DNA of 64,000 nucleotides from Thermodesulfobacteriota bacterium (GCA_965226585.1 OZ245366.1:1152001-1216000); one strand, 5' to 3'. Positions 12,181 to 24,572 are shown, numbered from the stretch's first letter. The notes: generated from the letters alone by a model not told the origin. Translations and numbers: made by a program.

Positions 12181-12255
12181 TGGTGGGCGGTACCGGATTT
12201 GAACCAGTGACATCCTGCTTGTAAGGCAGGCGCTCTCCCACTGAGCTAACCGCCC
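12181..12255 (-). tRNA. tRNA-Val(TAC)
   Basis: Cloverleaf with anticodon arm CCTGC-CTTACAA-GCAGG, GGTTCAAATCC T-arm, encoded CCA. Confidence 0.95.
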
Positions 12256-12308
12256 CGCGCAATGAACGGGCGATAATCTAACTGAAACGGGCGATATTGA
12301 AAGGGGAA

Positions 12309-13625
12309 TTAAGAACCCACTTTCTTGCGAAGGTTGTAGTGGAAAAGCGGCTTACCCTCGCCTTTTACAACCTCTTCGGTAATCACACAACGGTTCAAAT
12401 CTTTGTCTGAGGGAACATCGTAGAGTATGTCCAGCATTATGGACTCAAGGATAGATCTGAGACCGCGCGCGCCGGTTTTCCTCTTTATCGCCTCAGTCGC
12501 TATAAGGCGAAGGGCGGAATCGGTGAACTCAAGCTCAACACCCTCAAGATCCATCAGTTTTGTGTATTGCTTCACAAGGGCGTTGCGCGGCGTGGTGAGT
12601 ATGTTCACCAGAGAGTCTTCATCAAGTTCGTCAAGAGTGGCGATAACCGGCAACCTTCCAACAAATTCCGGTATCAGACCGTACTCTATCTGGTCTTCCA
12701 TCTGCACGTCTTTGATTATTGAGTAGTCCGTCCCGCTCTCCACTCCTTCGGATATGCTCGCGCCGAAGCCGATTGAGTTTTTCCCCTTTCTTCTCCTGAT
12801 GATGTCTTCAAGCCCGAAGAACGCGCCGCCGCAGATAAACAGTATGTTCGTTGTGTCAATCTGAACAAAATCCTGCTGTGGATGCTTCCTGCCGCCTTTG
12901 GGGGGAACGTTTGTTTTCGCGCCCTCCATTATTTTGAGAAGCGACTGCTGAACCCCTTCGCCCGACACATCGCGGGTTATGGACGGGCTGTCGCCGCTTT
13001 TGCGGACAAGTTTGTCTATTTCGTCTATGTAGATGATGCCCTTTGACGCCTTCTCAATGTCGTAGTCTGCGTCTTGAAGAAGGCTGACTATCATGTTCTC
13101 CACATCTTCGCCAACGTAGCCCGCTTCCGTGTAGCAGGTGGCGTCAACAATGGCGAAGGGAACTTTCAGTATGCGCGCAAGCGTTTGGGCGATAAGGGTT
13201 TTTCCCGAACCCGTGGGACCGACAAGCATCACGTTGCTTTTCTGTATCTCCACCTCGTCCGCGCTGTTTTTGGATTTGGTTTTAAGGCTGTCCGCTTCCG
13301 CCGCCTGTATGCGTCTGTAATGGTTGTGAACCGCAACCGAGATAACCTTTTTCGCGTGTTCCTGCCCTATGACGTATTCGTCAAGAAAATGCTTCAGTTC
13401 GGACGGAGTCATAAGGCTGCCGGCTGCCGGCTGTTCCCCGCGCTTCACGGAAACCTCTTTGGCTCTTTCCTTGGCGCGCTCCTCGTCAATAATCTCGTTG
13501 CAAAGGTCTATGCATTCGTCGCAGATATAAACATCATTCGGTCCCGCTATAAGTTTGGAGACGTCGCTTTTGCCTTTACTGCAGAAAGAGCAGAGCTGGC
13601 CGCTGTCTTTTCCTCCGCGTCTCAT
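12309..13625 (-). CDS. clpX: ATP-dependent Clp protease ATP-binding subunit
   Basis: Zinc finger CSFC...ICDECI, Walker [28 protein letters not shown] loop. Confidence 0.98.
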   Translation of the reverse strand: MRRGGKDSGQLCSFCSKGKSDVSKLIAGPNDVYICDECIDLCNEIIDEERAKERAKEVSVKRGEQPAAGSLMTPSELKHFLDEYVIGQEHAKKVISVAVHNHYRRIQAAEADSLKTKSKNSADEVEIQKSNVMLVGPTGSGKTLIAQTLARILKVPFAIVDATCYTEAGYVGEDVENMIVSLLQDADYDIEKASKGIIYIDEIDKLVRKSGDSPSITRDVSGEGVQQSLLKIMEGAKTNVPPKGGRKHPQQDFVQIDTTNILFICGGAFFGLEDIIRRRKGKNSIGFGASISEGVESGTDYSIIKDVQMEDQIEYGLIPEFVGRLPVIATLDELDEDSLVNILTTPRNALVKQYTKLMDLEGVELEFTDSALRLIATEAIKRKTGARGLRSILESIMLDILYDVPSDKDLNRCVITEEVVKGEGKPLFHYNLRKKVGS

Positions 13626-14260
13626 TTCGCCGCCTCTTCCCCTTCTGCGCTTCCAACTTCGTGAAGCGGAGCGCGGCTGTCCATTATGGAGTCAACAATT
13701 CCGTAGTTTTTCGCTTCTCCGGCGGTCATAAAGAAATCTCTGTCAGTATCTTTCTCAACATTTTCAAGTGTCTGTCCGGTGTGGGTTTCCAGAATACTGT
13801 TCAGTTCCTGCCGCACGCGCAGTATCTCTTTGGCGTGTATTTCTATGTCGCTTGCCTGCCCCTGAACTCCGCCCAGAACCTGATGAATCATGATGCGGGA
13901 ATGAGGAAGGGCGTGTCTGAGCCCCGCCGCGCCGCCGGCAAGCAAAACCGCCGCCATACTCGCCGCCTGCCCTATGCACATTGTGGAAACGTCGTTTCTT
14001 ATGTACTGCATCGTGTCGTAAATCGCCAGACCCGCCGTAACATTTCCGCCCGGAGAGTTGATATAAAGATAAACTGTCTTGTCCGGGTCTTCGGATTCAA
14101 GAAACATAAGTTGAGCTATAACAAGGTTGGCAACCGCGTCATCAATCACAGACCCTATGAAAACTATCCTGTCTCTCAAAAGACGGGAGAAAATATCATA
14201 GGAGCGTTCACCTCTTCCTGTCTGCTCCACAACAAATGGAACGTAGTTAGACATACTCAC
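13622..14260 (-). CDS. clpP: Clp protease proteolytic subunit
   Basis: [36 protein letters not shown]. Confidence 0.98.
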   Translation of the reverse strand: MSMSNYVPFVVEQTGRGERSYDIFSRLLRDRIVFIGSVIDDAVANLVIAQLMFLESEDPDKTVYLYINSPGGNVTAGLAIYDTMQYIRNDVSTMCIGQAASMAAVLLAGGAAGLRHALPHSRIMIHQVLGGVQGQASDIEIHAKEILRVRQELNSILETHTGQTLENVEKDTDRDFFMTAGEAKNYGIVDSIMDSRAPLHEVGSAEGEEAAK

Positions 14261-14296
14261 ACCCGCAGCTATTTTATGTTTTCCGGACGGGAAATG

Positions 14297-15601
14297 TCAA
14301 TCCTGTTTTGGGGAATCCGGCGGCGGATTTTCGGTTTTAATGTTCGCGTTTTCTCTGATAAACGCGATAACTTTTGAGCTTACAATCTGAGAGTTCAGAC
14401 CGTTCAGCATACTGTTTTTTTCGTAATATTCCCTCACCTGTTCGGCTTTAACCCCGGACTGCGCGGCAACCGCTTCAAATCTTTCCTGAAGGTCGCTTTC
14501 CTGCGCCTCGATGGATTCTGCTTCGGCAATTTTGCTTATAACGAGAGACAGTTTCACATTGTCACCCGCTCTGCGCGTCATGCTTTCGGACAGTTTTTCA
14601 TTTTCTTCCGCTGAGAGGGCTTTGCCGCCGCCCGCAGAGTGTTCTCTTTTGAACTCCTCTTCCATGCGGGTTTTTTCTTCAAGCACAAGGCGTCCGGGAA
14701 CTTCAAACTGCGAGCCGCTGAGTTTTGAGCATATTTGTTCTTCAAGGCTTCTGCTTCTGAGAGATTCAAGGCGCGCTTTCAAGTCTTCTTCTATTTTGCC
14801 TTTGAAGTCCGCAAGGTTTTCGCTTCCGGTTTTTTTCGCGAATTCGTCATCAAGCGCGGGTGCTGTTCTGTCGAAAACCTGTGTTACTTTCAGCGTAAAT
14901 TTGACGGATTTTCCCGCCGCCTCTTCAATCTGAAAGTCTTCCGGGTAGGCGATTTCAAATTCTTTTTCATCTCCGGCGGACATACCGAGGATGTTTTTCT
15001 CAAACTCCTCTAACAACTGCCCTTTGCCGAGCAGAAATCTCACGCCGTTTTTTGCGAGTCCTTCCACGGTTTTTCCGTCAAGCGTTCCGTTGTAGTCAAC
15101 TTCAACAACGTCTTCCGCCGCGCAAGGTCTTTTATCTTTGGTCGGCTCCACGGTTGCCGAGCCTTCAACAATTTGTTCAATGGCGCGGTCAACATCTTCG
15201 GGGGTAACTGATATGGGGCTTTGTTTCAGTTCAAGCCCTTTATATTCGGGAAGTTCAAAATTGGGGAGAACATCAAAAACCGCTGAGTAGGAAAACTCTT
15301 TTTCCTGATCAACATCGCCCGGAGTAATCGCGGGTCTGCTGACGGGAGCGGCGGAGACTTCTTTAAGGGCGTCCGCAAAGCTGTTTGAGACGAGGTTTGA
15401 GACAAGTTCCTCTTTAATTTCGTCTGCGAACCGTTTGTGTATTTCGTGTTCGGGAACTTTCCCTTGTCTGAACCCGTCCACTTTGGCGTTGCGTCTGATT
15501 TTTCTAACAATCCCTTCGCGTTCAAGGCGAACGGTTTCCGCCGGAATCACCACATTAATTTGTTTTTCCGTGGAACTGCGGTCTTCAATGCTGACTTTCA
15601 T
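14297..15601 (-). CDS. tig: Trigger factor
   Basis: GFRQGKVP ribosome-binding signature, FKBP-like middle domain, tig-clpP-clpX synteny. Confidence 0.95.
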   Translation of the reverse strand: MKVSIEDRSSTEKQINVVIPAETVRLEREGIVRKIRRNAKVDGFRQGKVPEHEIHKRFADEIKEELVSNLVSNSFADALKEVSAAPVSRPAITPGDVDQEKEFSYSAVFDVLPNFELPEYKGLELKQSPISVTPEDVDRAIEQIVEGSATVEPTKDKRPCAAEDVVEVDYNGTLDGKTVEGLAKNGVRFLLGKGQLLEEFEKNILGMSAGDEKEFEIAYPEDFQIEEAAGKSVKFTLKVTQVFDRTAPALDDEFAKKTGSENLADFKGKIEEDLKARLESLRSRSLEEQICSKLSGSQFEVPGRLVLEEKTRMEEEFKREHSAGGGKALSAEENEKLSESMTRRAGDNVKLSLVISKIAEAESIEAQESDLQERFEAVAAQSGVKAEQVREYYEKNSMLNGLNSQIVSSKVIAFIRENANIKTENPPPDSPKQD

Positions 15602-15659
15602 AAAAACACCTCACCTGCCTAAAAACAGGGGTGAATGATACATCCGTAAACGGAAAAGT

Positions 15660-16259
15660 TCAAACTCCAGTCCAACTTCCCCAACTATCCTGAAAAACAC
15701 AAGGCACCCCTTCTTTCTTGCATGCTCTGATGGTGTGCCCGGTTCCGCCGGCTTCGGGGTCTTGCAGGTTGACATAGAAAAGAGCGGCAACCGGTTTGGG
15801 GAAAGACTTTGAGTGTCCCGCCGCTTTCATAGTGTCTCGCACGAGATACGCCCCTTTTGCGGCGAGGCGGGTTCCCTCTTTTGCGTCTTCAACGAGACTT
15901 TTGTATTTCGGTGTTGCTTCCACTGTTTTGGAGACAATTTTCTTCTTTGCTGATGCGGAGAGTGATTCGGGAGAGTCGTAGAGGGCTTTTTCGTAGCGGC
16001 TTTTTTCTTTGTGTGTTTTATAGGGGGCGATTATCTGAAGCCGTTGGGCATCTATTTCCGCCACGCCTGAGGAGAAGGATTCATCCGAGCCGGATGCGTT
16101 TCCCGAGCGAAACCGCAAACCGGGGAAAATCCGCGCAAGGCGTTTTCCCGTTTCTTTTGCCTTCGCCGCATATTTGCGCGGTATCTCCCTGCGCCCTTCC
16201 AGAAGCACAACAGGGTCAGGGTGGTTTTTTATAAGTTCGGTGAATTGGGTGAGGGTCAT
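15660..16259 (-). CDS. Hypothetical protein resembling the SLOG/DprA-like nucleotide-binding fold
   Basis: LEGRREIP, RSGNASGSD and GGTGHT resemble SLOG-family motifs. ATGA overlap with the upstream hicB-like gene. Confidence 0.55.
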   Translation of the reverse strand: MTLTQFTELIKNHPDPVVLLEGRREIPRKYAAKAKETGKRLARIFPGLRFRSGNASGSDESFSSGVAEIDAQRLQIIAPYKTHKEKSRYEKALYDSPESLSASAKKKIVSKTVEATPKYKSLVEDAKEGTRLAAKGAYLVRDTMKAAGHSKSFPKPVAALFYVNLQDPEAGGTGHTIRACKKEGVPCVFQDSWGSWTGV

Positions 16260-16429
16260 GGGGCGGAATCTCCGTCATCTTCAAGAGAGGCGATATATCC
16301 TTCAATCGCTTCTCTGATATTGGAAATGGCTTCCGGTTTTGTCTTCCCCTGAGATACGCAACCGGGCAGACTCGGACATTCGGCAACCCAGTAGCCGTCT
16401 TCACCGGGGTAAATCATTACTTGTCTCAT
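16256..16429 (-). CDS. Short HicB-family antitoxin-like protein
   Basis: EDGYWVAECPSLPGCVSQGKTKPEAISNIREAI is a typical HicB N-terminal domain. GGAG RBS before ATG 16429. No hicA is visible. Confidence 0.8.
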   Translation of the reverse strand: MRQVMIYPGEDGYWVAECPSLPGCVSQGKTKPEAISNIREAIEGYIASLEDDGDSAP

Positions 16430-16549
16430 CGCTTTGTCTCCACCTCTGAACATACATCAAGAAGCGGAGAGTTTGAAGCACAATCAGCTAAGTGGGGAAC
16501 GGGGGAAGTTCAAATCTCACGAACGGAAGTTGTGTATAATTCGCGCATT

Positions 16550-16645
16550 ATGAAGTCGGAAACCGTTCTTGAACCGGAAGAAGTGGAAATCTGCAGGCTC
16601 TGTCTGCAAAAGAAAAAACTGGTCAACTCCCATATCATTCCAGAA
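16550..16645 (+). pseudogene. Probable 5' remnant of an HNH-like nuclease gene abutting tRNA-Leu
   Basis: MKSETVLEPEEVEICRLCLQKKKLVNSHIIPE (CxxC...SHIIP) runs straight into the tRNA 3' end. TATAAT at 16535-16540. Confidence 0.5.
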
Positions 16646-16730
16646 TGCGGGAGGAGGGACTTGAACCCCCAAGGGATATAATCCCACCGGATCCTAAATC
16701 CGGCGCGTCTGCCAATTCCGCCACTCCCGC
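16646..16730 (-). tRNA. tRNA-Leu(TAG)
   Basis: GCGGGAG acceptor stem, anticodon arm CCGGA-TTTAGGA-TCCGG, long variable arm, GGTTCAAGTCC T-arm. CCA not encoded. Confidence 0.93.
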
Positions 16731-16784
16731 GTGGAAAGTCTCAGATAATAACAGGTTTCCTACTGCCGAAAGTCCACTCTTTAC

Positions 16785-16920
16785 GTCATTCCGTGCCTGA
16801 CACGGAATCCAGTATTTGTTGGCTGTGTAATACTGGATTCCTGCTTTCGCAGGAATGACGGAAGGGGGCAGGAATGACGGAAGGGGGCAGGAATGACGGA
16901 GAGGGGCAACGGAATGACGG
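16785..16920. repeat. Composite palindromic element (75 bp, B-to-A orientation) plus ~19-bp partial tandem copies
   Basis: GTCATTCCGTGCCTGACACGGAATCCAGTATT-N12-AATACTGGATTCCTGCTTTCGCAGGAATGAC (16785-16859), then repeated GGAAGGGGGCAGGAATGAC. Confidence 0.9.
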
Positions 16921-16973
16921 GAGGGAAGAATGGGAACAGCGGGTCTATGGCTTTTGCGGAAGTAAAGGGAAAA

Positions 16974-17046
16974 TGGGCCGCGAGGGATTCGAACCCCCGA
17001 CCATTTGATTAAGAGTCAACTGCTCTACCAACTGAGCTAGCGGCCC
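16974..17046 (-). tRNA. tRNA-Lys(CTT)
   Basis: GGGCCGC acceptor stem, anticodon loop CTCTTAA, GGTTCGAATCC T-arm. CCA not encoded. Confidence 0.93.
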
Positions 17047-17077
17047 CTGAAGAAACTATCCGCATAGCGGGGCAACA

Positions 17078-19717
17078 CTAACCGCCGCCTTCGCCTCTTA
17101 CCACCGATACAACCCGCGAATCAAGATTTATGTATTTCTTCGCCACTCGCAAAACATCTTCCGCCGTAACCGCAAACACCCTGTCCACAAAATCCCTGTA
17201 CTCATCCCAGCCCACGCCGTATAACTCATCAAAACCCATAACAGACGCCTGCGCGGAATTGCGCTGAAGCCCTATCTCAAAATCACCCGCCATTCTCCTC
17301 TGCGCCCTCTTTACCTCTTCTGTGCTTACCCCACTATCAAGAACCGCTTCCAACTGCTCAATTATTCCGCCTATCGCCTTCTGCTCTTTCTGCGGAGCCG
17401 TGCCTATGTGAACACCGAAAATACCGGACTCCACCCGCGGAGCGTAAAATGACGAAACCGAATACGCAAGACTCATCTCGTCTCTGAGTTTTATAAACAG
17501 CCGCCCGCCCTGACCTGATAAAACGGCGTTCAAAACCTGAACCGGATAGTGATCCGCATGACCAAACGGGGGAGCCGTGAAACCCACAACTATGTGCGTC
17601 TGCTGTTTTGACGGCAGTTTCTTTACCGCCTCAACGGGCTTGCCAGCCGGTTTGACTCTAACGGGCAGAGGGATTGCCTTTTTTGCCGCCCGCAGAGAGG
17701 AAAAATCATCTTCCAGACGTTTTAACACTTTGCGTGTGTCAACATCGCCAACCACAACCAGAACCATCTTCTTCGGGTTGAGAATCTTTTTGTAAAACTT
17801 CTCCGCTGAGGAACGCGTGAAACTCCGCACGTTTTTCTCCGTTCCCGTTACACTCCGCGAATACGGCGTGCCTTTGAAAAGTGTGGAAAGAAAACCGTCA
17901 ATGCAAACCGATGAAAGGTCGTCTTTCCTTCTGTTTATCGCGGCAAGAATTTCCCGCTTCGCCCTCTTTATCTCCTCATCGGGAAATGAAGGGTTGAGAG
18001 CCACATCGGAAAAAATGTCCATCGCCGCGTCAAAGTTTGAACTGAACGCCTCCATTGAAACACCCGCGCTGTCTCTGCCGGAAAAACCCTCAACATATCC
18101 GCCGAGAGATTCCATCTCCGCCGCTATCTGCTCCGCCGAACGGCTCTGTGTTCCGCGTGTGAGCATATTTGCCGCAAAGTTTGAAATGCCGTTTAACTTC
18201 TCATCCTCAAACCGCAATCCCCCCGGAAAAAGCAAACGCGCCGAAAAAAGCGGAACAGACTTGTTCTCTTTTACGATAACCCGCATCCCGTTTTTTAATC
18301 TGTGGACACCGGTTTTGCTCCGCCTCTGCGCGCGGACGGAAACCGGCTTTACACTCCGCACCGCCTTCTTCAAACCCCTTTCGCTTACCCCTGAAGACTG
18401 CGGAACAAGAGCAACCGCAGACAGGTTTGAGGGCTTGAAATACTTTGCCGCAACCCTGCGTATATCCTCCGCGCTCACCGAACGCACCCTGTCCATATAC
18501 TCATCCTCAAACATGTAGTCTCCGGCTATCGCCTCATAAAACCCAAGCGTGCGCGCCCTTCCCTGTGTCGTCTCATCGGCGCGGATGTTTTCGCTCTCAA
18601 TGTTCAGTTTCGCCTTGTCAATCTCGGACGGCTGAACCCTTCCGTCCGCAAGTGCGTAAAACATCTTCAAAATCTCCTCAAACGCGGGAGACGAGTTTTC
18701 CGGCTTCACCGTTCCGCCCACAACAAAAATACCTCCGCCTGTGGGAGCGTAGGCGTATGAATAAACGCTGTTCACAATGCCCTTCTCCTCCTTAACCGTT
18801 CTGAAAAGGCGCGAACTCTCACCGCCGCCCATTATCTCTGAGATAACTTCAAGGGCGGCTATGTCTTCATCTCTTGTGCCGGGAATTCTGAACGCGAGAG
18901 AAAAATATCCCTCCTGCACACGCCTTTTTAAGACAGACACCGCCGGAGCGGAACGCCGGGGCGGGGCGGTTTGCTCAAAACACTTTGGAACTGCGCGGCT
19001 TTTGAGAGAACCGAACCGCTTTTTGACGCGGGAGAGAACCTTGTCCGTCTCAAAATCTCCCGTTACCACAACAACCATATTGCCCGGCACATACCACTTG
19101 CGGTAGAAATTCAAAACCTTTTCGCGTGTGAACGCGCGCACGCTTTTCTCCGTGCCGAGAATGGGAAACCCGTAGGGATGTTTCTTGTAGGCGGTCTCAA
19201 AAAGCCGCTTGCCCGCAACATCAGACGGATTGTCTTTTGAGCGGCGAATCTCCTCAACCACAACCTCTATCTCTCTGTCCAGCTCTGCGGGGTCAAAAAC
19301 CGAATCCGTAACACTGTCTGCAAGCAGGTCTATGCTTCTGCCGAGAGAACGCGCCCCGGACACTATGAAATACACCGTCTGGTCAAAAGATGTGTAGGCG
19401 TTTATGCGACCGCCCGCAGACTCCACTTCAGACGCCAACTCACCGGGACCCAGTTTGTTCGTCCCCTTGAAAAGCATATGCTCGTGAAAATGGGCAAGCC
19501 CCCTCTCATCATCGCGCTCGCACGAACTGCCGACCTTTACCCAAACATTTATCGCCGCCACCGGAGCTGCGGAATTCGGCTCAAGAATTACGGTAAGCCC
19601 GTTTTTCAGTTTTACCCTTTTGACCGGGGAATTATCTTTAGCCACAGAAACGCCTCCCGCGCAGAAAATCGCGCAAATAAAAATCAGGAAAAGAAAAACC
19701 TTGTGTTTCAAAAACAC
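17078..19717 (-). CDS. M16 (pitrilysin-family) zinc protease, secreted, two fused halves
   Basis: N-terminal signal-like segment, HFHEHMLFKGT (HxxEH), NAYTSFDQT. The second half has a degenerate site (SNFAANMLTRGT). Confidence 0.92.
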   Translation of the reverse strand: MFLKHKVFLFLIFICAIFCAGGVSVAKDNSPVKRVKLKNGLTVILEPNSAAPVAAINVWVKVGSSCERDDERGLAHFHEHMLFKGTNKLGPGELASEVESAGGRINAYTSFDQTVYFIVSGARSLGRSIDLLADSVTDSVFDPAELDREIEVVVEEIRRSKDNPSDVAGKRLFETAYKKHPYGFPILGTEKSVRAFTREKVLNFYRKWYVPGNMVVVVTGDFETDKVLSRVKKRFGSLKSRAVPKCFEQTAPPRRSAPAVSVLKRRVQEGYFSLAFRIPGTRDEDIAALEVISEIMGGGESSRLFRTVKEEKGIVNSVYSYAYAPTGGGIFVVGGTVKPENSSPAFEEILKMFYALADGRVQPSEIDKAKLNIESENIRADETTQGRARTLGFYEAIAGDYMFEDEYMDRVRSVSAEDIRRVAAKYFKPSNLSAVALVPQSSGVSERGLKKAVRSVKPVSVRAQRRSKTGVHRLKNGMRVIVKENKSVPLFSARLLFPGGLRFEDEKLNGISNFAANMLTRGTQSRSAEQIAAEMESLGGYVEGFSGRDSAGVSMEAFSSNFDAAMDIFSDVALNPSFPDEEIKRAKREILAAINRRKDDLSSVCIDGFLSTLFKGTPYSRSVTGTEKNVRSFTRSSAEKFYKKILNPKKMVLVVVGDVDTRKVLKRLEDDFSSLRAAKKAIPLPVRVKPAGKPVEAVKKLPSKQQTHIVVGFTAPPFGHADHYPVQVLNAVLSGQGGRLFIKLRDEMSLAYSVSSFYAPRVESGIFGVHIGTAPQKEQKAIGGIIEQLEAVLDSGVSTEEVKRAQRRMAGDFEIGLQRNSAQASVMGFDELYGVGWDEYRDFVDRVFAVTAEDVLRVAKKYINLDSRVVSVVRGEGGG

Positions 19718-19734
19718 AGCCGCTCAACTATTTG

Positions 19735-20586
19735 TCAGACACCGCCGCCGGTTTCATCTTCCGAAACCGCAGAGTCTCCCCCTTGTTCATTTTCCGTCTC
19801 AAGAACGGCTTCACCCCCGGAACGCAAGGGCTTTAGTACCTGAAACAGGGGACCCGACAGAAAATATAAAACCGAAACAACCGCGAGAGACAAACCCGGA
19901 TTGATGGCCACAACCACTATCAGAACCGATGAAGTCGCCAGAAAATCAAACCTCTTGCCGCCGCTGAATCTTCCAAGACTGAAAAAACCCACCTTGCGAT
20001 ACCTTATCGCGCTAACCATAAAAAACCCGGCAACCGGAGCCGCCACGGCGTAGAAAAGAGCCATCTCATCGGGAAACGGAACCGCGCCCAGCGCGCTCGC
20101 CACAAAAATCGGGGAAACAAGAAAACCCGCCGCCATCGGGCTTGGAAGCCCCATAAAACTTCTCTTCTCTTTTGATGCGGACTGTATGTTGAACCTCGCA
20201 AGCCTTAGGGCAACGCAAACCGTGTATATCATAAGCCCTATGTTGAGAACCGGACTGGCAAGCCCGCCGAAAAGAGAGAACACAAGGGCGGCGGGAGCAA
20301 CTCCGAAGCAAACCGTGTCTGACAGCGAGTCGTAGATAACGCCGAAACGGTTGTCAATTCCGAAGGCGCGCGCGACCCTGCCGTCAAGCATGTCAAGAAC
20401 CATCGCTATGCCGATAAACACCGCGCCGCGCCACGCGAGTTCAGAGGGATATTCCACACCCGCCGCTATGCGGAACGAAACGCCGATTGAAAGCAAACCG
20501 AAGCACAGCCCCGCCGTTGTTATCAAACCCGGCAGAAAAGGCGCGACCCTCCGGTCTATTTCTCCGCGAAACTTTCTTTTTTTCAT
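19735..20586 (-). CDS. pssA: CDP-diacylglycerol--serine O-phosphatidyltransferase
   Basis: CDP-alcohol motif DMLDGRVAR...G...DSLSDTVCFGVAP, ALRLARFN. Adjacent to psd. Confidence 0.92.
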   Translation of the reverse strand: MKKRKFRGEIDRRVAPFLPGLITTAGLCFGLLSIGVSFRIAAGVEYPSELAWRGAVFIGIAMVLDMLDGRVARAFGIDNRFGVIYDSLSDTVCFGVAPAALVFSLFGGLASPVLNIGLMIYTVCVALRLARFNIQSASKEKRSFMGLPSPMAAGFLVSPIFVASALGAVPFPDEMALFYAVAAPVAGFFMVSAIRYRKVGFFSLGRFSGGKRFDFLATSSVLIVVVAINPGLSLAVVSVLYFLSGPLFQVLKPLRSGGEAVLETENEQGGDSAVSEDETGGGV

Positions 20587-21248
20587 TCGCCGTCTCCTCC
20601 CCGCGCAAGCCGGGCAACCACAGACTCCGCGCCCGTGAGAATATCACCCTTTCTCACCTCCACCTTGTATTCGGGCGGAAGAAAAAGGTCTATCCTTGAA
20701 CCGAACTTTATGATGCCGAATCTTTGCCCTCTCTTCAAAACATCTCCGCGCGAAGCGTGCGAAATTATCCTTCTCGCCACAAAACCCGCCACTTGAACCA
20801 CAACCAGTTCGGGACCGCCGCCCGAAGGTTTGATAACGGTGGCAAGACGCTCGTTCTCTCTCGACGCGGCTGAGGAAAACCCGAAACCGAACTTTCCGTC
20901 CACCCGCTCGCGAGCCGTAACCTCTCCCGAAACCGGAAACCAGTTCACATGGCAGTCAAAAAGCGAAAGGAAAACACTCACCCTCGTAACCTCGCGGTTA
21001 AGAAAACTGCTTTCAGTCTCCGTTACAACCTCAAGAACTTTTCCGTCTGACGGAGCCGTGAGGCAGTCATCAGGGGAGTCGCTTTCCCTTTCGGGGTCTC
21101 TGAAAAAATAGAGGGAAAAACCGAAGGCGAGAAGGCACAGAAACGAAAAAACGCCAAGCCCCAGAAATGAGAAAATCCACCCGCACAGAGCGAGAACGAA
21201 AAGGATGGATATTCCTTCGGGAGCAATTCTCAAAAAAGGCGTGTTCAT
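20583..21248 (-). CDS. psd: Phosphatidylserine decarboxylase proenzyme
   Basis: FFRDPER, APSDGKV, NER, VAGFVARRI, self-cleavage motif FGSRID. Confidence 0.93.
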   Translation of the reverse strand: MNTPFLRIAPEGISILFVLALCGWIFSFLGLGVFSFLCLLAFGFSLYFFRDPERESDSPDDCLTAPSDGKVLEVVTETESSFLNREVTRVSVFLSLFDCHVNWFPVSGEVTARERVDGKFGFGFSSAASRENERLATVIKPSGGGPELVVVQVAGFVARRIISHASRGDVLKRGQRFGIIKFGSRIDLFLPPEYKVEVRKGDILTGAESVVARLARGGDGE

Positions 21249-21289
21249 ATCCCCTCCGGACGGCTTTGAAAATCCGTCAGCAAAAAACC

Positions 21290-22827
<1,538 letters not shown>

Positions 22828-22856
22828 AGAAAACTCCGGGGCGGCTGTCCGCGCTC

Positions 22857-24572
22857 TCACGCGACATCAACCGGGTCAAATATCATCTGATTCATCGCCT
22901 CTCCGGGCTCTATCATCGGATAGACCATCTCTTCGGGGTCAACTTTGATTTCCATAAGAACAACCCCTTTTGTCTCAAGCCCCTTTTTCAGAACGCCCTC
23001 AAGATCTTCGGGTCTTTCGGCTTTGAAGCCGGTCGCGCCGAAGGATTCCGCAAGTTTAACAAAATCGGGAAGAACTTTGAACTTTGAACATGAGTAGTTT
23101 CCGCCAAAGAACATTGTCTGCCACTGCCTCACCATTCCGTGATGCTCGTTGTTGAAAACGATGATTTTGAGGTCAAGGTTGTATTCAACGGCAACGGCGA
23201 GTTCCTGCATATTCATCTGAAAACTGCCGTCTCCCGAAACGCAGATAACAAGGTCGTCCGGCTTGGCGAACTTCGCCCCCATCGCGGCGGGAAAACCAAA
23301 GCCCATTGTTCCGAGACCGCCCGAAGTGATGTGACTGCGGGGGCGGTTGAACTTGTAGAACTGCGCCACCCACATCTGGTGCTGACCAACGTCTGAAACA
23401 ACTGTCGCTTCTCCCTTAGTCATTTTGTGAAGCATATCTATCGTGTAGGTTGTCTGGATTTTGTTCTCATCCTCCCTGTATTTGAGAGGGTGCTCTTTGT
23501 CCCACTTGGCTATCTGCTCTCTCCACGCATCCCGCCCGGAAAGGTCAATGTCTGCCGGAAGCATATCCATTATCTGATCCAGAACCTGCTTGGCGTCTCC
23601 AACTATGGGGCAGTCAACGTGGATGTTTTTATCTATCGTTGACGGGTCTATGTCTATGTGGATTATGTTCGCGTTCGGGGCGAACTTGTCGAAGTTTCCT
23701 CCGGTCGCCCTGTCGTCAAACCGCGCTCCGATGGAAACAACAAGGTCGGACTCGTGAACCGCGAGGTTGGCGGCGTATGAGCCGTGCATCCCCAGCATAT
23801 CAACAAACAGCGGGTCGTTCGCGGGAAATCCGCCAAGCCCCATAAGGGTTGAAGTAACGGGTATGCGGAGACGGTGCGCGAACTTCTTGAGATGTTCGGT
23901 CGCGTTTGAGAGTATGACCCCTCCGCCCGAAAAGATTATCGGTTTCTTCGCCTTTTCTATGAGGGAAACCGCTCTTTTTATCTGAGCGGTGTTGCCCTTC
24001 ATTTTCGGTTTGTAGCCCCTGATGTTCAAGTCATCGTTGATAACAAACTCGTCTTCGCCGATAAGAACATCTTTGGGCATATCAACCAGAACCGGGCTGG
24101 GTCTTCCCGTTGAAGCGATGTGAATCGCCTCTCTGATTGCCATCGGCAGGTCTTTTGTTTTGCGCACAAGACTGTTGTGCTTTGTGCACGGTCTTGTTAT
24201 GCCGATGTGGTCGGCTTCCTGAAAAGCGTCACTGCCGAGATACTGTGTGGGAACCTGTCCGGTGAAAATAACAACCGGCGCGGAATCCATTTGCGCGGTG
24301 GCTATTCCCGTTACGGTGTTTGTTGCGGCGGGACCGGAAGTGCAGAGCACGATTCCGGGTTTGCCCGAAGCCCGCGCATAGCCGTCCGCCATATGGGTCG
24401 CCCCCTGTTCATGGCGCGCCATAACGTGGAGGAATTTCCCCTCCTCTTCGTAATCGGTCATAACGTCATAGACTTTGAGGACATAGCCTCCGGGCAGACC
24501 GAAAACAACTTCAACTCCCTCATGTATAAGGGTCTCGAAAAACATCTGCGCCCCGAGCATTTTTTTGGACAT
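22857..24572 (-). CDS. ilvB: Acetolactate synthase large subunit
   Basis: FGLPGG, RHEQGA, TSGP, DAFQE, DVGQHQMW, GDGSFQMN, GMVRQWQ. Confidence 0.96.
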   Translation of the reverse strand: MSKKMLGAQMFFETLIHEGVEVVFGLPGGYVLKVYDVMTDYEEEGKFLHVMARHEQGATHMADGYARASGKPGIVLCTSGPAATNTVTGIATAQMDSAPVVIFTGQVPTQYLGSDAFQEADHIGITRPCTKHNSLVRKTKDLPMAIREAIHIASTGRPSPVLVDMPKDVLIGEDEFVINDDLNIRGYKPKMKGNTAQIKRAVSLIEKAKKPIIFSGGGVILSNATEHLKKFAHRLRIPVTSTLMGLGGFPANDPLFVDMLGMHGSYAANLAVHESDLVVSIGARFDDRATGGNFDKFAPNANIIHIDIDPSTIDKNIHVDCPIVGDAKQVLDQIMDMLPADIDLSGRDAWREQIAKWDKEHPLKYREDENKIQTTYTIDMLHKMTKGEATVVSDVGQHQMWVAQFYKFNRPRSHITSGGLGTMGFGFPAAMGAKFAKPDDLVICVSGDGSFQMNMQELAVAVEYNLDLKIIVFNNEHHGMVRQWQTMFFGGNYSCSKFKVLPDFVKLAESFGATGFKAERPEDLEGVLKKGLETKGVVLMEIKVDPEEMVYPMIEPGEAMNQMIFDPVDVA

